Source: Spirochaetota bacterium
Lineage (GTDB): Bacteria; Spirochaetota; UBA4802; UBA5550
Reading direction: 5' to 3'
Assembly (NCBI GenBank): GCA_050298055.1
Contig: JBNKTL010000005.1
Location: forward strand, 77,104 to 141,103
DNA length: 64,000 nt
The position numbers and the translations under genes are program-made. Of the stretch, positions 39,550 through 49,744 are shown one piece after another (position 1 is the first letter of the stretch; every line of letters starts with the position of its first letter). The notes under the pieces are model-generated. The model saw nothing but the letters and a program-made list of their open reading frames with translations. It ran no database searches and was not told the origin of the DNA.

Positions 39550-40623
39550 TCAGAGCACACTCTCCGGAGATTCAATAACAGAATCTGCCCTCTCTTCAAG
39601 AACTTTCACTGCAAAGATCAGCGACTTAAACCTCGGATCCTTTGTCTGTCCATGATAATACCGGTAGTAGATCTGCTGCGCAATAACCGCCAGCCTGAAA
39701 AGACCAAAACAGTAATAAAAAGTGAAAGATCCGGTATCCCTTTCTGTGATTTCACTATAGTAGGAGATTATCTCTTTCCGTGTAAAAGCCCCCTCCATTG
39801 TAGTTGGCAGCATTCTGATAAGCTGCATCCCCTCTGGATCATTCCTTTCAACCCAGTATGCCAATGATGACCCCAGGTCCATGAGGGGATCTCCCATTGT
39901 TGACATCTCCCAGTCCAGAACACCGATGATCTCCGTGGGGTTATCCGGGTTCAGGACGAGGTTGTCGAATTTATAGTCGTTGTGGATAATTGAGGGTCTG
40001 CTGCAATCACCGGGTATATTCTCATGAAGCCATTCCATAACATTTTCAAAGTCCGGTGCATCGAGGGTCCTGGCGTCCCTGTATCTTCTGCTCCAGCCCT
40101 CAACCTGCCGCTGTATATATCTTTCCGGTTTTCCGTAATCTGCGAGACTGATCTTTTCATAATCTACTTCATGGAGCTGCTTCAGGACTTCAACCATATT
40201 TCTGCAGAGCTTTCCCGCGTCTTCCGGAGAGAAAGTAAGGTTGTCGGGAAGATCCTTTCTGAGGATTATTCCCCTGATCCTTTCCATGATATAGAATTCT
40301 GTTCCCATAACAGAGAGGTCTTCGCAGTAGAGTACCGTGTCGGGGCAGTAGGGGAAAACGGGTTTCAGTGAAGAAATCATCCTGTATTCGCGGTTCATGT
40401 CGTGGGCGCTCCTGGCCTTTCTCCCTGCCGGGGGTCTTCGGAGGACCATCTCCTTTTCTCCGGCTTTTACCAGGTATGTGAGGTTAGAGTATCCTCTGGG
40501 GAACTGCCTGATTTCAAGTTCCCCTTCAAGTCCCTTTATGTTATCCCTGAGATATTCCTCAAGCTTACTCTTATCGAGATCTTCACCTTCTCTTATGGCT
40601 GACGGCTCATCAGTGAATTTCAT
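39550..40623 (-). CDS. APH-family phosphotransferase (ACAD10/11 kinase-like)
   Basis: G.SNLTY, VLRRPP, SAHDM.RE, HNDYKFDN, LDWEM.T.GDPL.DLG. Confidence 0.9.
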   Translation of the reverse strand: MKFTDEPSAIREGEDLDKSKLEEYLRDNIKGLEGELEIRQFPRGYSNLTYLVKAGEKEMVLRRPPAGRKARSAHDMNREYRMISSLKPVFPYCPDTVLYCEDLSVMGTEFYIMERIRGIILRKDLPDNLTFSPEDAGKLCRNMVEVLKQLHEVDYEKISLADYGKPERYIQRQVEGWSRRYRDARTLDAPDFENVMEWLHENIPGDCSRPSIIHNDYKFDNLVLNPDNPTEIIGVLDWEMSTMGDPLMDLGSSLAYWVERNDPEGMQLIRMLPTTMEGAFTRKEIISYYSEITERDTGSFTFYYCFGLFRLAVIAQQIYYRYYHGQTKDPRFKSLIFAVKVLEERADSVIESPESVL

Positions 40624-40647
40624 TCTCCTACCTTTGGATAATTGAAT

Positions 40648-41865
40648 TTAAATATTTTTCTCTTGAGATGACTCAGTGTAACGTTTGAGAATCCGTTTCG
40701 CCACGGAAACCTTGTGGACCTCATCGGCGCCGTCGTAGATCCTTGCGGCCCTTTCATGCCGGTAAAAGAAAGCAAGGAGGGCATCATCGGTCATTCCGAG
40801 ACCGCCATGGACCTGCAGTGCCCTGTCCACAACCCTCTGCATTGTATTGGCAACCATGAACTTGATCAAAGAGATATCCTCCCTTGCTTCACTGGCACCC
40901 TCCTTCTCGATCCTCCATGCGGTATGGAGTGTCATCAGTCTTGCCGCACGGATCTCCGCGGCGGATTCTGCTATCCAGGACTGTACAATCTGCCGTGTTC
41001 CCAGGGTTTTCCCGTCGGGAGATATTTTCCGTTCATTGGCCCTTTCACACATGAGGTCAAAGGACCTGCTGCATATCCCGAGCCATCTCATGCAGTGATG
41101 GATGCGCCCGGGCCCCAGGCGTTCCTGGGCAATAACAAATCCGTGCCCTTCCGGGCCCAGGAGGTTTTCCCGGGGGACCCTGCAGTTCTGAAAAATGATC
41201 TCCGAGTGACTGAAGGCGCCGCTCCCCCGGTGCCCCATCACCGGAATATTTCTCACGAGATTAAAACCGGGAGTATCCGCAGGGACAATGATCATACTTG
41301 CCTGCATATACCTCCCTGCATGGGGACTGGTAACCGCCATAACGATGGCGAACCGGGAACCATCGGCACCGGTGGTATACCACTTGTGCCCGTTAATAAC
41401 ATAATCATCACCGTCGGCAACGGCCGTGGTCTCAAGCATCACGGGATTTGATCCGGGCATATCAACCTCTGTCATGGCAAAGCAGCTCCTGATTTCCCCC
41501 TTTACAAGGGGAGCAAGATACTCTTTTTTCTGACTCTCTGTCCCGTGCAGGTGAAGGATCTCAATGTTTCCCGCGTCGGGGGCCTGGCATCCGAAAACAT
41601 AATGGCCCAGGGGTGTCCTGCCCAGGGCTTCCGAAACAAGAGCGTGGTCCACAAGGTCCAGCCCCATGCCGCCATATTCAACCGGGTGGTTCGGGGCCCA
41701 GAGTTCCATCTGTTTTACAATCTCTCTTTTTTCGTTGAGCAGAGGTTCAAGCTCTTCCGGCGGGCCGTTGAGAAATTCCTGTTCAAGGGGGATGAGTTCC
41801 CTGTGAACAAACTCGTTAATCATCTCGATAATTGTTGCTGTTTTTTCTGAAAGTGAAAAATCCAT
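40648..41865 (-). CDS. Acyl-CoA dehydrogenase (ACAD10/11-like)
   Basis: CQAPDAGN.E, SCFAMTE, INGHKW, AQERLGPGRIHHCMR, RIYDGADEVH. Confidence 0.93.
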   Translation of the reverse strand: MDFSLSEKTATIIEMINEFVHRELIPLEQEFLNGPPEELEPLLNEKREIVKQMELWAPNHPVEYGGMGLDLVDHALVSEALGRTPLGHYVFGCQAPDAGNIEILHLHGTESQKKEYLAPLVKGEIRSCFAMTEVDMPGSNPVMLETTAVADGDDYVINGHKWYTTGADGSRFAIVMAVTSPHAGRYMQASMIIVPADTPGFNLVRNIPVMGHRGSGAFSHSEIIFQNCRVPRENLLGPEGHGFVIAQERLGPGRIHHCMRWLGICSRSFDLMCERANERKISPDGKTLGTRQIVQSWIAESAAEIRAARLMTLHTAWRIEKEGASEAREDISLIKFMVANTMQRVVDRALQVHGGLGMTDDALLAFFYRHERAARIYDGADEVHKVSVAKRILKRYTESSQEKNI

Positions 41866-42022
41866 GATGCCCCCTCCTATGCGTGAATTATTTTATTCAC
41901 TTTTGATAAAAAGTCAATTAAAAGAAATGTTAGTAACTGCTCAAGCTTTATATAGGAATAATCATATTTACAATCAATGTATTTGTATTGACAACCTGTA
42001 TAAATCAGAGATATTCCGGGAT

Positions 42023-42787
42023 ATGAACATACTTGTATGCGTGAAAGAGGTCCTTGCTCCCGGAATATCTGAAAATCTCCGGGAGGCTTTTCCCGGAAAA
42101 ATTTTATCACACATAAACAGTTATGATCTTTACGGGATAGAAGAAGCAGTACTTCTCAGGGAAAAGTTTCCGGGGACCGGGGTCGATGCCCTCACAGCCG
42201 GGTATGAGAGTTCATCCCGGGTGCTCAGGAAGGCGCTGGAGATGGGCGCGGATAATGGATTCCAGATCCTCCTCGATGATTCTTTATCTACAGAATCATC
42301 TCATGTGGCTTCCTGCATTGCGGATTTTATATCAGAAAAAAACTATGACCTGGTCATTACAGGGGTCCTTTCCGAAGATTCGCTGCAGGGTGAGATGGGA
42401 GGTTTACTGGCGGGAAAGCTGGGTCTTCCCTATGCCCACTCGGTGATGAAGCTTGATTACCAGGAGGAGGACCGTTCAATTCATGCTGAATCTGAAATTG
42501 ACGGGGGAACACGGATCCTCTACAGGCTTACCCTTCCTGCAATTATTTCCGTTCAGTCGGGCATCAATGCTCCCCGCTATCCGAAGCTTTCCAATAAACT
42601 CAGGGCAAAAAAGCAGGAGCTTGTAGTCATTGATCCCGGGGACAGGGAGATTTCATCACCGGGGAAGGTGAGGGTGGCCCGTTACAGGAGAGAGAGTTCT
42701 CCGGCTGGAATTGTTCTCCAGGGTACGGGAGAAGAGAAGGCTGAGACGCTTCTCCATATCCTGCATGAAAAGAGGCTTTTGAGGTGA
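42023..42787 (+). CDS. etfB: Electron transfer flavoprotein beta subunit
   Basis: MNILVCVKEV, N.YD..G.EEA, ALEMGAD, N.PRYP. Confidence 0.88.
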   Translation: MNILVCVKEVLAPGISENLREAFPGKILSHINSYDLYGIEEAVLLREKFPGTGVDALTAGYESSSRVLRKALEMGADNGFQILLDDSLSTESSHVASCIADFISEKNYDLVITGVLSEDSLQGEMGGLLAGKLGLPYAHSVMKLDYQEEDRSIHAESEIDGGTRILYRLTLPAIISVQSGINAPRYPKLSNKLRAKKQELVVIDPGDREISSPGKVRVARYRRESSPAGIVLQGTGEEKAETLLHILHEKRLLR

Positions 42788-43764
42788 TCCTTGCCGTTAT
42801 TGAAACCATTGATAACAAACCGGTTCCCGGTTCCCTTGAGGTCCTGGGACTGGCATCCGGGCTTTCCGGAGAAACAGGCGCAAAAATCAGGGTCGTCGTT
42901 CCTGTCAGCTCTGCTAAAAAATGGGAGGATCCCTTTAGAGAAGCAGGTTTCTCTCTCTGTCTTATGGAAAACGAAACCCTCTCCTCCTACAACCATGAAG
43001 TCCTTGTTCAGGGACTGGCGGAACTAGCCGGTTCATTGAACCCCCGGTATATTTGTTTCCCGGGAACGGTTTTTTCCGGCAGCGCCGCGCCGCTCCTTGC
43101 TTCGCTTATGTCCGCTCCTTACATCGCTTCTGTGGAGAAAGTCAAAAAGACCGGTGACGGGATACTCTTTACCCGGCCAACTCATGGTGAGAAATATCTT
43201 GAGGATATTGTAACAGATGCTGATACAAGTATCATCTCAGCCAGGCCGGGGTCTTTTACTTATAAAGAGGGCCCAGTGAAGAGCGGCAGCGAAGGGGATG
43301 TAACGGTATTCAGTTTCACATGCCGGGAAAAAGCAATTTCTATTGAAGAGGTAAAATATGCTCACAGGGGAAGGTCGGACATAGAGAGAGCGGAAGTGAT
43401 CGTTACTGCGGGGAGGGGAGCCGGGGATGAGGATGGGATCATACGGGTAGAAAATCTGGGCGCTCTTTTCAGGGAGTCCGCAGTGGGGGCAACGCGGCCG
43501 GTGTGTGACAGGGGGCTCCTCCCCTATACGCAGCAGGTGGGTTCAACGGGAAGACGCGTCTCTCCCTCTGCCTATATTGCCTGTGGTGTTTCCGGTTCCA
43601 GCCAGCATCTTGCGGGCATGAGAGAGTCAGGGATGATTGTATCAATAAACAGTGATCCCGCTGCGCCCATAACAGCAGTTGCCGATTATATTATCGTTGA
43701 AGATCTTTCTGAGTTTATTCCTCTTCTCATTAAAAAGTACCGGGACAAATATGCTCCCGGTTAA
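42784..43764 (+). CDS. etfA: Electron transfer flavoprotein alpha subunit
   Basis: AGRG, GATRPVCD.G, QVGSTG, YIACGVSGSSQHLAGM. Confidence 0.9.
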   Translation: MILAVIETIDNKPVPGSLEVLGLASGLSGETGAKIRVVVPVSSAKKWEDPFREAGFSLCLMENETLSSYNHEVLVQGLAELAGSLNPRYICFPGTVFSGSAAPLLASLMSAPYIASVEKVKKTGDGILFTRPTHGEKYLEDIVTDADTSIISARPGSFTYKEGPVKSGSEGDVTVFSFTCREKAISIEEVKYAHRGRSDIERAEVIVTAGRGAGDEDGIIRVENLGALFRESAVGATRPVCDRGLLPYTQQVGSTGRRVSPSAYIACGVSGSSQHLAGMRESGMIVSINSDPAAPITAVADYIIVEDLSEFIPLLIKKYRDKYAPG

Positions 43765-43769
43765 AATGA

Positions 43770-43896
43770 GGGGTCAGAGCGTGAAAATTTTGCCGGCTCA
43801 GAGGAATCTGGGGGTCAGAGCGTGAAAATTTTACCTGTTTAGAGTAATTCAGGGGTCAGAGTCCCGGTTTTGGTTAAATTAAGGGGGCAGAGCATC
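43770..43896. repeat. 41-bp-period tandem repeat built on GGGGTCAGAG
   Basis: Units start at 43770, 43811 and 43852; degenerate fourth near 43883. Confidence 0.8.
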
Positions 43897-44021
43897 AGCC
43901 ATATTATAAAAGAGGAGAGACAAATATTGACATAACGCCTGTATTTCAATTGAATTTAAAATATATTTTATTTTAATGACGTTTAATAATTGTCCGTAAC
44001 AGCTTTTTCACAGTTAAGAGT

Positions 44022-44594
44022 ATGAAAAGACTTCTTCTTATTGATAACTACGATTCATTTACATACAATCTCAAGCAATTGATTATGATTAATTTTCATG
44101 GTGAGGTAGTGGTAAAAAGAAATGATGAAATCGATTCCGGCTATATAGCTAATGGGGGTTTTCACGGGCTTGTGATTTCTCCCGGTCCGAAGAGACCCTC
44201 AGATTCCGGGATTTCAACTGCTTCCATAAGGGAGTTCTCTTCAAAACTTCCAATCCTGGGCGTTTGCCTGGGAATGCAGTGTATCAATGAAGTCTTTCAG
44301 GGAAAAACAGTAAAGGCGCCGCTGCCGGTTCACGGGAAAACATCAGTGATTTTACACAGCGGCTCCCGCATGTTCAGGAATGTCCCCCGCAGGTTTCTGG
44401 CTGCCAGGTATCACTCATTGATCATCGAGAAGAGGTCGGATGATCTCATTATTACCGCGGAAACCGGCGAAGGAATTCCCATGGCCATTGAACACAGGGA
44501 GCATCCTGTCTTCGGTGTGCAGTTCCATCCCGAATCGTTCATGACAGAGTATGGTAATGAGATGATACGGAACTACCTGGAGCACCTGAAGTGA
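44022..44594 (+). CDS. pabA: Aminodeoxychorismate/anthranilate synthase glutaminase component
   Basis: IDNYDSFTYNL, SPGP, GVCLG.Q, RYHSL, QFHPES. Confidence 0.88.
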   Translation: MKRLLLIDNYDSFTYNLKQLIMINFHGEVVVKRNDEIDSGYIANGGFHGLVISPGPKRPSDSGISTASIREFSSKLPILGVCLGMQCINEVFQGKTVKAPLPVHGKTSVILHSGSRMFRNVPRRFLAARYHSLIIEKRSDDLIITAETGEGIPMAIEHREHPVFGVQFHPESFMTEYGNEMIRNYLEHLK

Positions 44595-45940
44595 AAATAT
44601 CCGTCAAAAGCTCAAAGGTCACCGAAATGCCCGTGATCGATCCGGTTGAATTTTTCCGGGATTATTCTGACTATTACTACAGCACTATCCTCACCGGGAG
44701 GGGCCCCGATGATATCTCGGAATATTCTTTTATCTATCTCTTCCCCCATACGATTTTACGATACAGTGACAGCCGTTTCGAGGCAGAAACTGAATCGGGA
44801 TATGAGATAATCGATGAAGATTTCTGGGAGTATCTCCAAACCGTCTACCAGATGTTAGATTATGACAGGCTGGAATATCCTTCGTCGGTCTGCGGCGCAG
44901 TGGGTTATTTTTCATATGACGGATACCATACTATTGAGAAGATCAAATCCCGTACTCAAAACAGTTACAAGATCCCTCTCCTTGAGCTTGTTGTCTATAA
45001 CAGGGTGATCTTCCTGGACCACCGGAAGGGGAAGGCCTTTCGGATCGATTTTGAGTATGAAGAAGGGAGCCTTATAAGAAAAAAAAATCCCGTGACAGAG
45101 GGAATCAAAGCAGGTGAAATTGAGAAGGAGTGCAGCAGGGAAGAATATATTGAGAAGGTCAGGAGAATAAAGGAGTATATTGTAGAGGGAGATGTCTACG
45201 AGGTCTGCCTGACACAGCAACTTTCCGCCGGTTTTAAAGGCGATCCGTACAGGCTTTTTGAGAATATCTACAGGAATAATCCCGCGCCTTTTTCCGCCTT
45301 TATGAATTTCAGGGATGCCGTATTTATCAGTAACTCCCCGGAACTCTTTATCCGGTGTTCGGAGAAGAGGGTTGAAACCCGTCCCATCAAGGGAACAGCT
45401 CCCCGGTTCAGTGCCCCCCTTGAAGACAGGGAAAGCAGGGAGAAGCTTCTCGCCTCGGAGAAGGACCAGGCGGAACTCTTTATGATCATCGACCTGCTGA
45501 GAAATGATATGGGCAAGGTCTGCAGGACAGGGAGTGTGAAGGTCATTGACAGCAAGAGAATAGAACCCTACGAGAACGTCTTCCAGCTTATCGGTATTGT
45601 TGAGGGTGAGCTTGAGAAGGAGAAGAACTTCATTCATCTCCTGAAAGCGGTCTTTCCCGGCGGGTCTATTACGGGCTGTCCCAAGGTCCGCAGCATGGAG
45701 ATCATTGAAGAGCTGGAAACATACAGGCGAAATATCTATACGGGGACGATCTTTCACTTTAACAGAAAGATTTTCACTTCAAGCATTGTGATCAGGACCG
45801 CTGTGATTTCCGGGGGAAAGATAATAATAAATTCAGGCGGTGCCGTAACCATCGACTCTGACCCGGTCCTGGAATACGAAGAAACAATCCATAAAATAAA
45901 GAACATTATGAAGGCCCTCGGTTTTGAGGATGTTCTTTAG
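44591..45940 (+). CDS. pabB: Aminodeoxychorismate synthase component I
   Basis: SPELF, TRPIKGT (PIKGT is PabB-type; TrpE has PIAGT), DLLRND, FPGGSITG.PK. Confidence 0.85.
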   Translation: MKISVKSSKVTEMPVIDPVEFFRDYSDYYYSTILTGRGPDDISEYSFIYLFPHTILRYSDSRFEAETESGYEIIDEDFWEYLQTVYQMLDYDRLEYPSSVCGAVGYFSYDGYHTIEKIKSRTQNSYKIPLLELVVYNRVIFLDHRKGKAFRIDFEYEEGSLIRKKNPVTEGIKAGEIEKECSREEYIEKVRRIKEYIVEGDVYEVCLTQQLSAGFKGDPYRLFENIYRNNPAPFSAFMNFRDAVFISNSPELFIRCSEKRVETRPIKGTAPRFSAPLEDRESREKLLASEKDQAELFMIIDLLRNDMGKVCRTGSVKVIDSKRIEPYENVFQLIGIVEGELEKEKNFIHLLKAVFPGGSITGCPKVRSMEIIEELETYRRNIYTGTIFHFNRKIFTSSIVIRTAVISGGKIIINSGGAVTIDSDPVLEYEETIHKIKNIMKALGFEDVL

Positions 45941-46083
45941 TGTTGGAGCACCCTATATCCCCTCCCAGAGGGCTGACTTTTGCCCACATTTTTTGATCCG
46001 TCAGGACGCAAAGAGCGCAAAGTTTTTCAATAAACATTTAGAAATAAAGTTTTGTTATCTACAAAAGGCACCTTAGAAAAGAT

Positions 46084-46191
46084 GTGTAAAAGGGGGATAA
46101 GGGGATAAAGAGGGGATGTGGAGATGTGTTTAGTTTATAATTTTCTCATCCCCCTATCTCCTCTTTATCCCCCCCATCTCCTTTCTTACAC
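46084..46191. repeat. Inverted repeat of purine-rich ~9-mer units
   Basis: ggggataaagagg ... cctctttatcccc arms between converging genes. Confidence 0.6.
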
Positions 46192-46232
46192 TCTTTTTAC
46201 TCTTCCTTTAATCAGTAATGAACTTTATTATC

Positions 46233-46418
46233 CTAAAATCCCACAACCTTAAGGATATCCACGAAAAGAACCCTGAGAAAAAAAATCAGGGCAATACATC
46301 CGAAGAGGAGATGAACAGTTGTCCTGTTGCCGTTCTCATCCCTGAATGTAATTCCGTGAAAGGCTATTACTCCCGTTATAATAAGGAACACTATATCAAT
46401 CAGTTTTATTCCTTCCAT
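46233..46418 (-). CDS. Small two-helix membrane protein
   Basis: AGGAG RBS, two hydrophobic segments, in line with the exonuclease gene. Confidence 0.65.
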   Translation of the reverse strand: MEGIKLIDIVFLIITGVIAFHGITFRDENGNRTTVHLLFGCIALIFFLRVLFVDILKVVGF

Positions 46419-46443
46419 TAACTTCTCCTTTGTTCTGAGTGGA

Positions 46444-47133
46444 CTAAGCCCTTCCTATGCTTATGAGGCTTTTAAGGGTAAGAATATCATTCTCCCTGTA
46501 GAAATGGATAAACCTCTGGAAAAGCTGTGCCGTTATATATGAATCAATAAGTGCGTTATGGGCCTCATCGACCTCGATATTATATCTTTTTGCAAGTGAA
46601 AAGAGGTCTGTTTGTACGCTCCCCCCCCGGTAATGCTGTCTGAAGCTCGAATCATTCTGAAGCAGCCATTCGTGCAGGTTATGGGTGTCCATGGCGGGGT
46701 TCTTTAACTTCTTCCCATAGATCTGTTTCATGAATTTATTCATAAAACCGAGATCGAAGTGGACATAGTGCCCTACCAGTACCGAGTCCCTGATGAATTC
46801 CAGAAAGCGGGGAAGGACTTCGTCTATTGGCGCCTGGTCAACAAGTTCATCGGGGGTTATCCTGTGTATGACCACGTTCTCCTTTTCCAGGTCTACCGGA
46901 GGTTTGACCAGTGTATAAAATTTTTCACTGGCATGGATCTTTCCCCCGGTCATCTTAACGGCACCGATTGACACGATGTAGTCATTTTTAAGATTGAGTC
47001 CGGTCATCTCCATGTCGAAGACCACGTAGGGGCACCGGTCAATCTCGATGTTCCCGTTTACATCCCCTGTCCATGTATCGATGGTGAGTTCCTTTTTTTT
47101 CCCGGAACCGAGTATACCGTCAAGAAATCCCAC
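46444..47133 (-). CDS. DEDDh 3'-5' exonuclease-family protein
   Basis: VFDMEMTG, GHY..FD, H.AL.D...TAQLF. Confidence 0.9.
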   Translation of the reverse strand: MGFLDGILGSGKKKELTIDTWTGDVNGNIEIDRCPYVVFDMEMTGLNLKNDYIVSIGAVKMTGGKIHASEKFYTLVKPPVDLEKENVVIHRITPDELVDQAPIDEVLPRFLEFIRDSVLVGHYVHFDLGFMNKFMKQIYGKKLKNPAMDTHNLHEWLLQNDSSFRQHYRGGSVQTDLFSLAKRYNIEVDEAHNALIDSYITAQLFQRFIHFYRENDILTLKSLISIGRA

Positions 47134-49043
47134 TATTCAATGACTCCTTCGTTTCGCATGTAATTTTCACATGCAAGCTGCAGCCTCGCAACGATCTGGA
47201 AGACCTCTTTGAGTGATCTTTTTTCAAGCGGTGTGAGAATTTCAGGGTCCAGAATTGAATTTATCTCAAGACCCATTTCTTTTTTTCTTATCTGGTCCCT
47301 TATCCTCAGGTTGAGGAGGAATTCAAATGCAAAGGGTATTTCGTTTTTCAGATCAAGGAGAAGAAGGTTGTTGGCATCAGTAAGTTTATAGAGCCTGGCA
47401 ATGGTTGTTACTTCATCAATATTATTATAGATTGAGAGTACTCTGATACAGTCAACAATGGGGTGGATCCCGTCCTTTCTGAGGTCCAGGGCCTGGACAA
47501 GTTCACCCTTTCTGCTTACAACATGCTCTTTAAAAAATCCCAGGGGTGCTTTTTCACCTGTGGCTATCTCAACGAGTTTTTTCATATGAGATCTGTTATT
47601 TCTCACCAGCCTGTGTATCCTTTTCTTGAGCCTGGTTATGGGCTCATTGTTCCCGTGCATAAGCCTCATGTCGAGAAATTTACAGATTGAGATGAGGACA
47701 TCCCTTTTCCCCGAATTGAAACATCTGTCAATTTTCTCTTCCCATTCGGAAATACTGCCGTATATGGCTACATCATCACCAAAAGGTTTAAGTTCAATCT
47801 CCGGGAAACCATATTTTGCAAATGTTCGCTGTTGTCTTTCAAGGCAGTCTTTGGAGAATTTTTTGTTTTTTTCATTTTCTTCTTCTGTTTCCGGATCGTC
47901 ATAGACAATGGCCGCGTTCCAGTCACGTTTTAATGTCTGCTCAACCCGTCCGCTGCTTCCGAAAGAGACGCACGATATTTTCTTATAGATATCCCGGTTG
48001 ACTTTGGGGTTGAGGTTGAAGATTTTCTCAACAAACCTGTCGTTGATATTGGTGATTATCCTGACGATATGTTTTGCGTCCACACCGTTATTAATAAGTG
48101 TGGATATGATCTTATCTAGCTTATCATGAAGAGGGACCAGCCCGTCGAGGTTGTCCTGTATTTCTATGCTTTTGACAATGGATATGGGTGACACTCCCTG
48201 GAGAAGCATAAAATCGGTATTTGTGACCACGCCTTTCAGTTTGTTGTTCTCGGTGACAAGCAGGTGATGTATGTTGTAGCTTATCATTTTGATAAGTGCT
48301 TCAAAGCTCATCTCGCCGGAATCAACCGTAAAAGTGGGGGGGCTCATGATTTCGGTTACGGGCTTTTCCGGATCCACACCCTTTAAAAGAACCCTGTCCC
48401 TGAAGTCCCTGAGGGTAACGATCCCGGACGGCATGCCGTTATCGTCCACTATTATCAGGCTGCTGATATTATTATTCGACATAATTTCCGCAGCTTCTTT
48501 TATGGTTAAATTGCTTTTTGACGTTACCACTTCCCTGTTGATGAGATCCCCCACATGTGAGAGGTAGAGTCTCCTGTCGTTATCTCCGAGCATTACATGC
48601 CTGTTGTGCATCTCCTGGTAGGTCTTGTCAGAGAAGTGGACCCAGAAAGATTTCAGAAAAAACTCACGGAGGAGAGGCTGTTCATCCACCATTTCCATTA
48701 TAATGTCTTTGGGGATCATGTAACAGATGGTATCTTCAATGGCGATTATATTTGACCGGGGATTATCACCGCTTATCAGTGAAAGAAAACCGAAGGATTC
48801 TCCCTTGCTCCTGAAATCGATGACCTTTTCGGTACCGTCTTTTAAAAAGAGATTTATCTTTATGCCCCCTTTTCGGATTATTCCCAGGGATGTGCAGGGA
48901 GGACCGTCCTGTTCAAAGATTTTCTGACCCCTGGGGAAAAATTCCACCGAGACATTTTTAGAGGTTTTGTCCAGCTGTTCGGGGGTCAGCAGGTCAAAGG
49001 GTGGAGACACCTTGAAAAAGTCTGTTATCTCCTTAAGAATCAT
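47133..49043 (-). CDS. cNMP-binding + CBS pair + DUF294 nucleotidyltransferase-like protein
   Basis: PPF..L, GESFG cNMP domain, GIVT.RD CBS, GSSGR.EQT, DL...G..PIVD. Confidence 0.88.
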   Translation of the reverse strand: MILKEITDFFKVSPPFDLLTPEQLDKTSKNVSVEFFPRGQKIFEQDGPPCTSLGIIRKGGIKINLFLKDGTEKVIDFRSKGESFGFLSLISGDNPRSNIIAIEDTICYMIPKDIIMEMVDEQPLLREFFLKSFWVHFSDKTYQEMHNRHVMLGDNDRRLYLSHVGDLINREVVTSKSNLTIKEAAEIMSNNNISSLIIVDDNGMPSGIVTLRDFRDRVLLKGVDPEKPVTEIMSPPTFTVDSGEMSFEALIKMISYNIHHLLVTENNKLKGVVTNTDFMLLQGVSPISIVKSIEIQDNLDGLVPLHDKLDKIISTLINNGVDAKHIVRIITNINDRFVEKIFNLNPKVNRDIYKKISCVSFGSSGRVEQTLKRDWNAAIVYDDPETEEENEKNKKFSKDCLERQQRTFAKYGFPEIELKPFGDDVAIYGSISEWEEKIDRCFNSGKRDVLISICKFLDMRLMHGNNEPITRLKKRIHRLVRNNRSHMKKLVEIATGEKAPLGFFKEHVVSRKGELVQALDLRKDGIHPIVDCIRVLSIYNNIDEVTTIARLYKLTDANNLLLLDLKNEIPFAFEFLLNLRIRDQIRKKEMGLEINSILDPEILTPLEKRSLKEVFQIVARLQLACENYMRNEGVIE

Positions 49044-49105
49044 TTTATTTCCTCCTGAAAGTTCCCATCTTTACGTTTACAGTTTTTATTTATATATTTT
49101 TCATA

Positions 49106-49238
49106 TTTACTCATATCAGTTATGTTTTTAATGAATAGATTGATTTCTCTTTAAAACTGTCTCCGCCGCCGAAGGCGGCGGGGACATATTGCTTTTATTT
49201 TAGTAAATATACTGAATCCATTATAGCTGAGCAGTAAC
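49106..49238. mobile_element. Palindromic element copy C
   Basis: tgtctccgccgcc-gaa-ggcggcggggaca, ends tatagctgagcagtaac. Confidence 0.7.
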
Positions 49239-49274
49239 TGTTATTCAAAATAAATATTTTTTCATCTTTGCAAA

Positions 49275-49544
49275 TCAGGGCATCTGCCCCGTCCCGATCA
49301 GAAAATCATCTTTTTTGTTTTCATCAGACCCGGTATCAATATTGCATGAATCGGATGAGCAAACCGCACACCCGAGTTTTTTATTAATAAAAAATGAAAG
49401 CGGGGCAATAACGGGAAAGATAACCACAAGTATCCAGTTGAAGCCACCGTTGAAATTTTCAGGTTCAAGCATCCAGGTAAAAAATGAATCACCTGAAATA
49501 TAAAAAATTACTCCGAATATGACCCAAAAAAATCTTTTCGTCAT
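49275..49544 (-). CDS. Small membrane protein with C-terminal CxxCxxxxC
   Basis: Two hydrophobic segments followed by GCAVCSSDSC; start uncertain. Confidence 0.55.
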   Translation of the reverse strand: MTKRFFWVIFGVIFYISGDSFFTWMLEPENFNGGFNWILVVIFPVIAPLSFFINKKLGCAVCSSDSCNIDTGSDENKKDDFLIGTGQMP

Positions 49545-49744
49545 GGGGTGTGTTCGAATTAATATTATTCTGTTTCGAAACAATTTATTTTCCTCGCATT
49601 TTTTCTGTCTTCATATTAATAAGTTATATAAGATTTGTAAACAATTATTAAATAATTTTGATTTCATTTTTTTATTGAAATATTTTTTCAATGATTATTT
49701 TATTTGTTTTTAGGGTATAAATAAGATTATTCCGGGTGTTTATT

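Noticed and set aside
43770..43896. 41-bp periodic repeat as a mini-CRISPR
   Set aside because: Intervening segments resemble each other, there are only about three units, and the core motif is dispersed elsewhere
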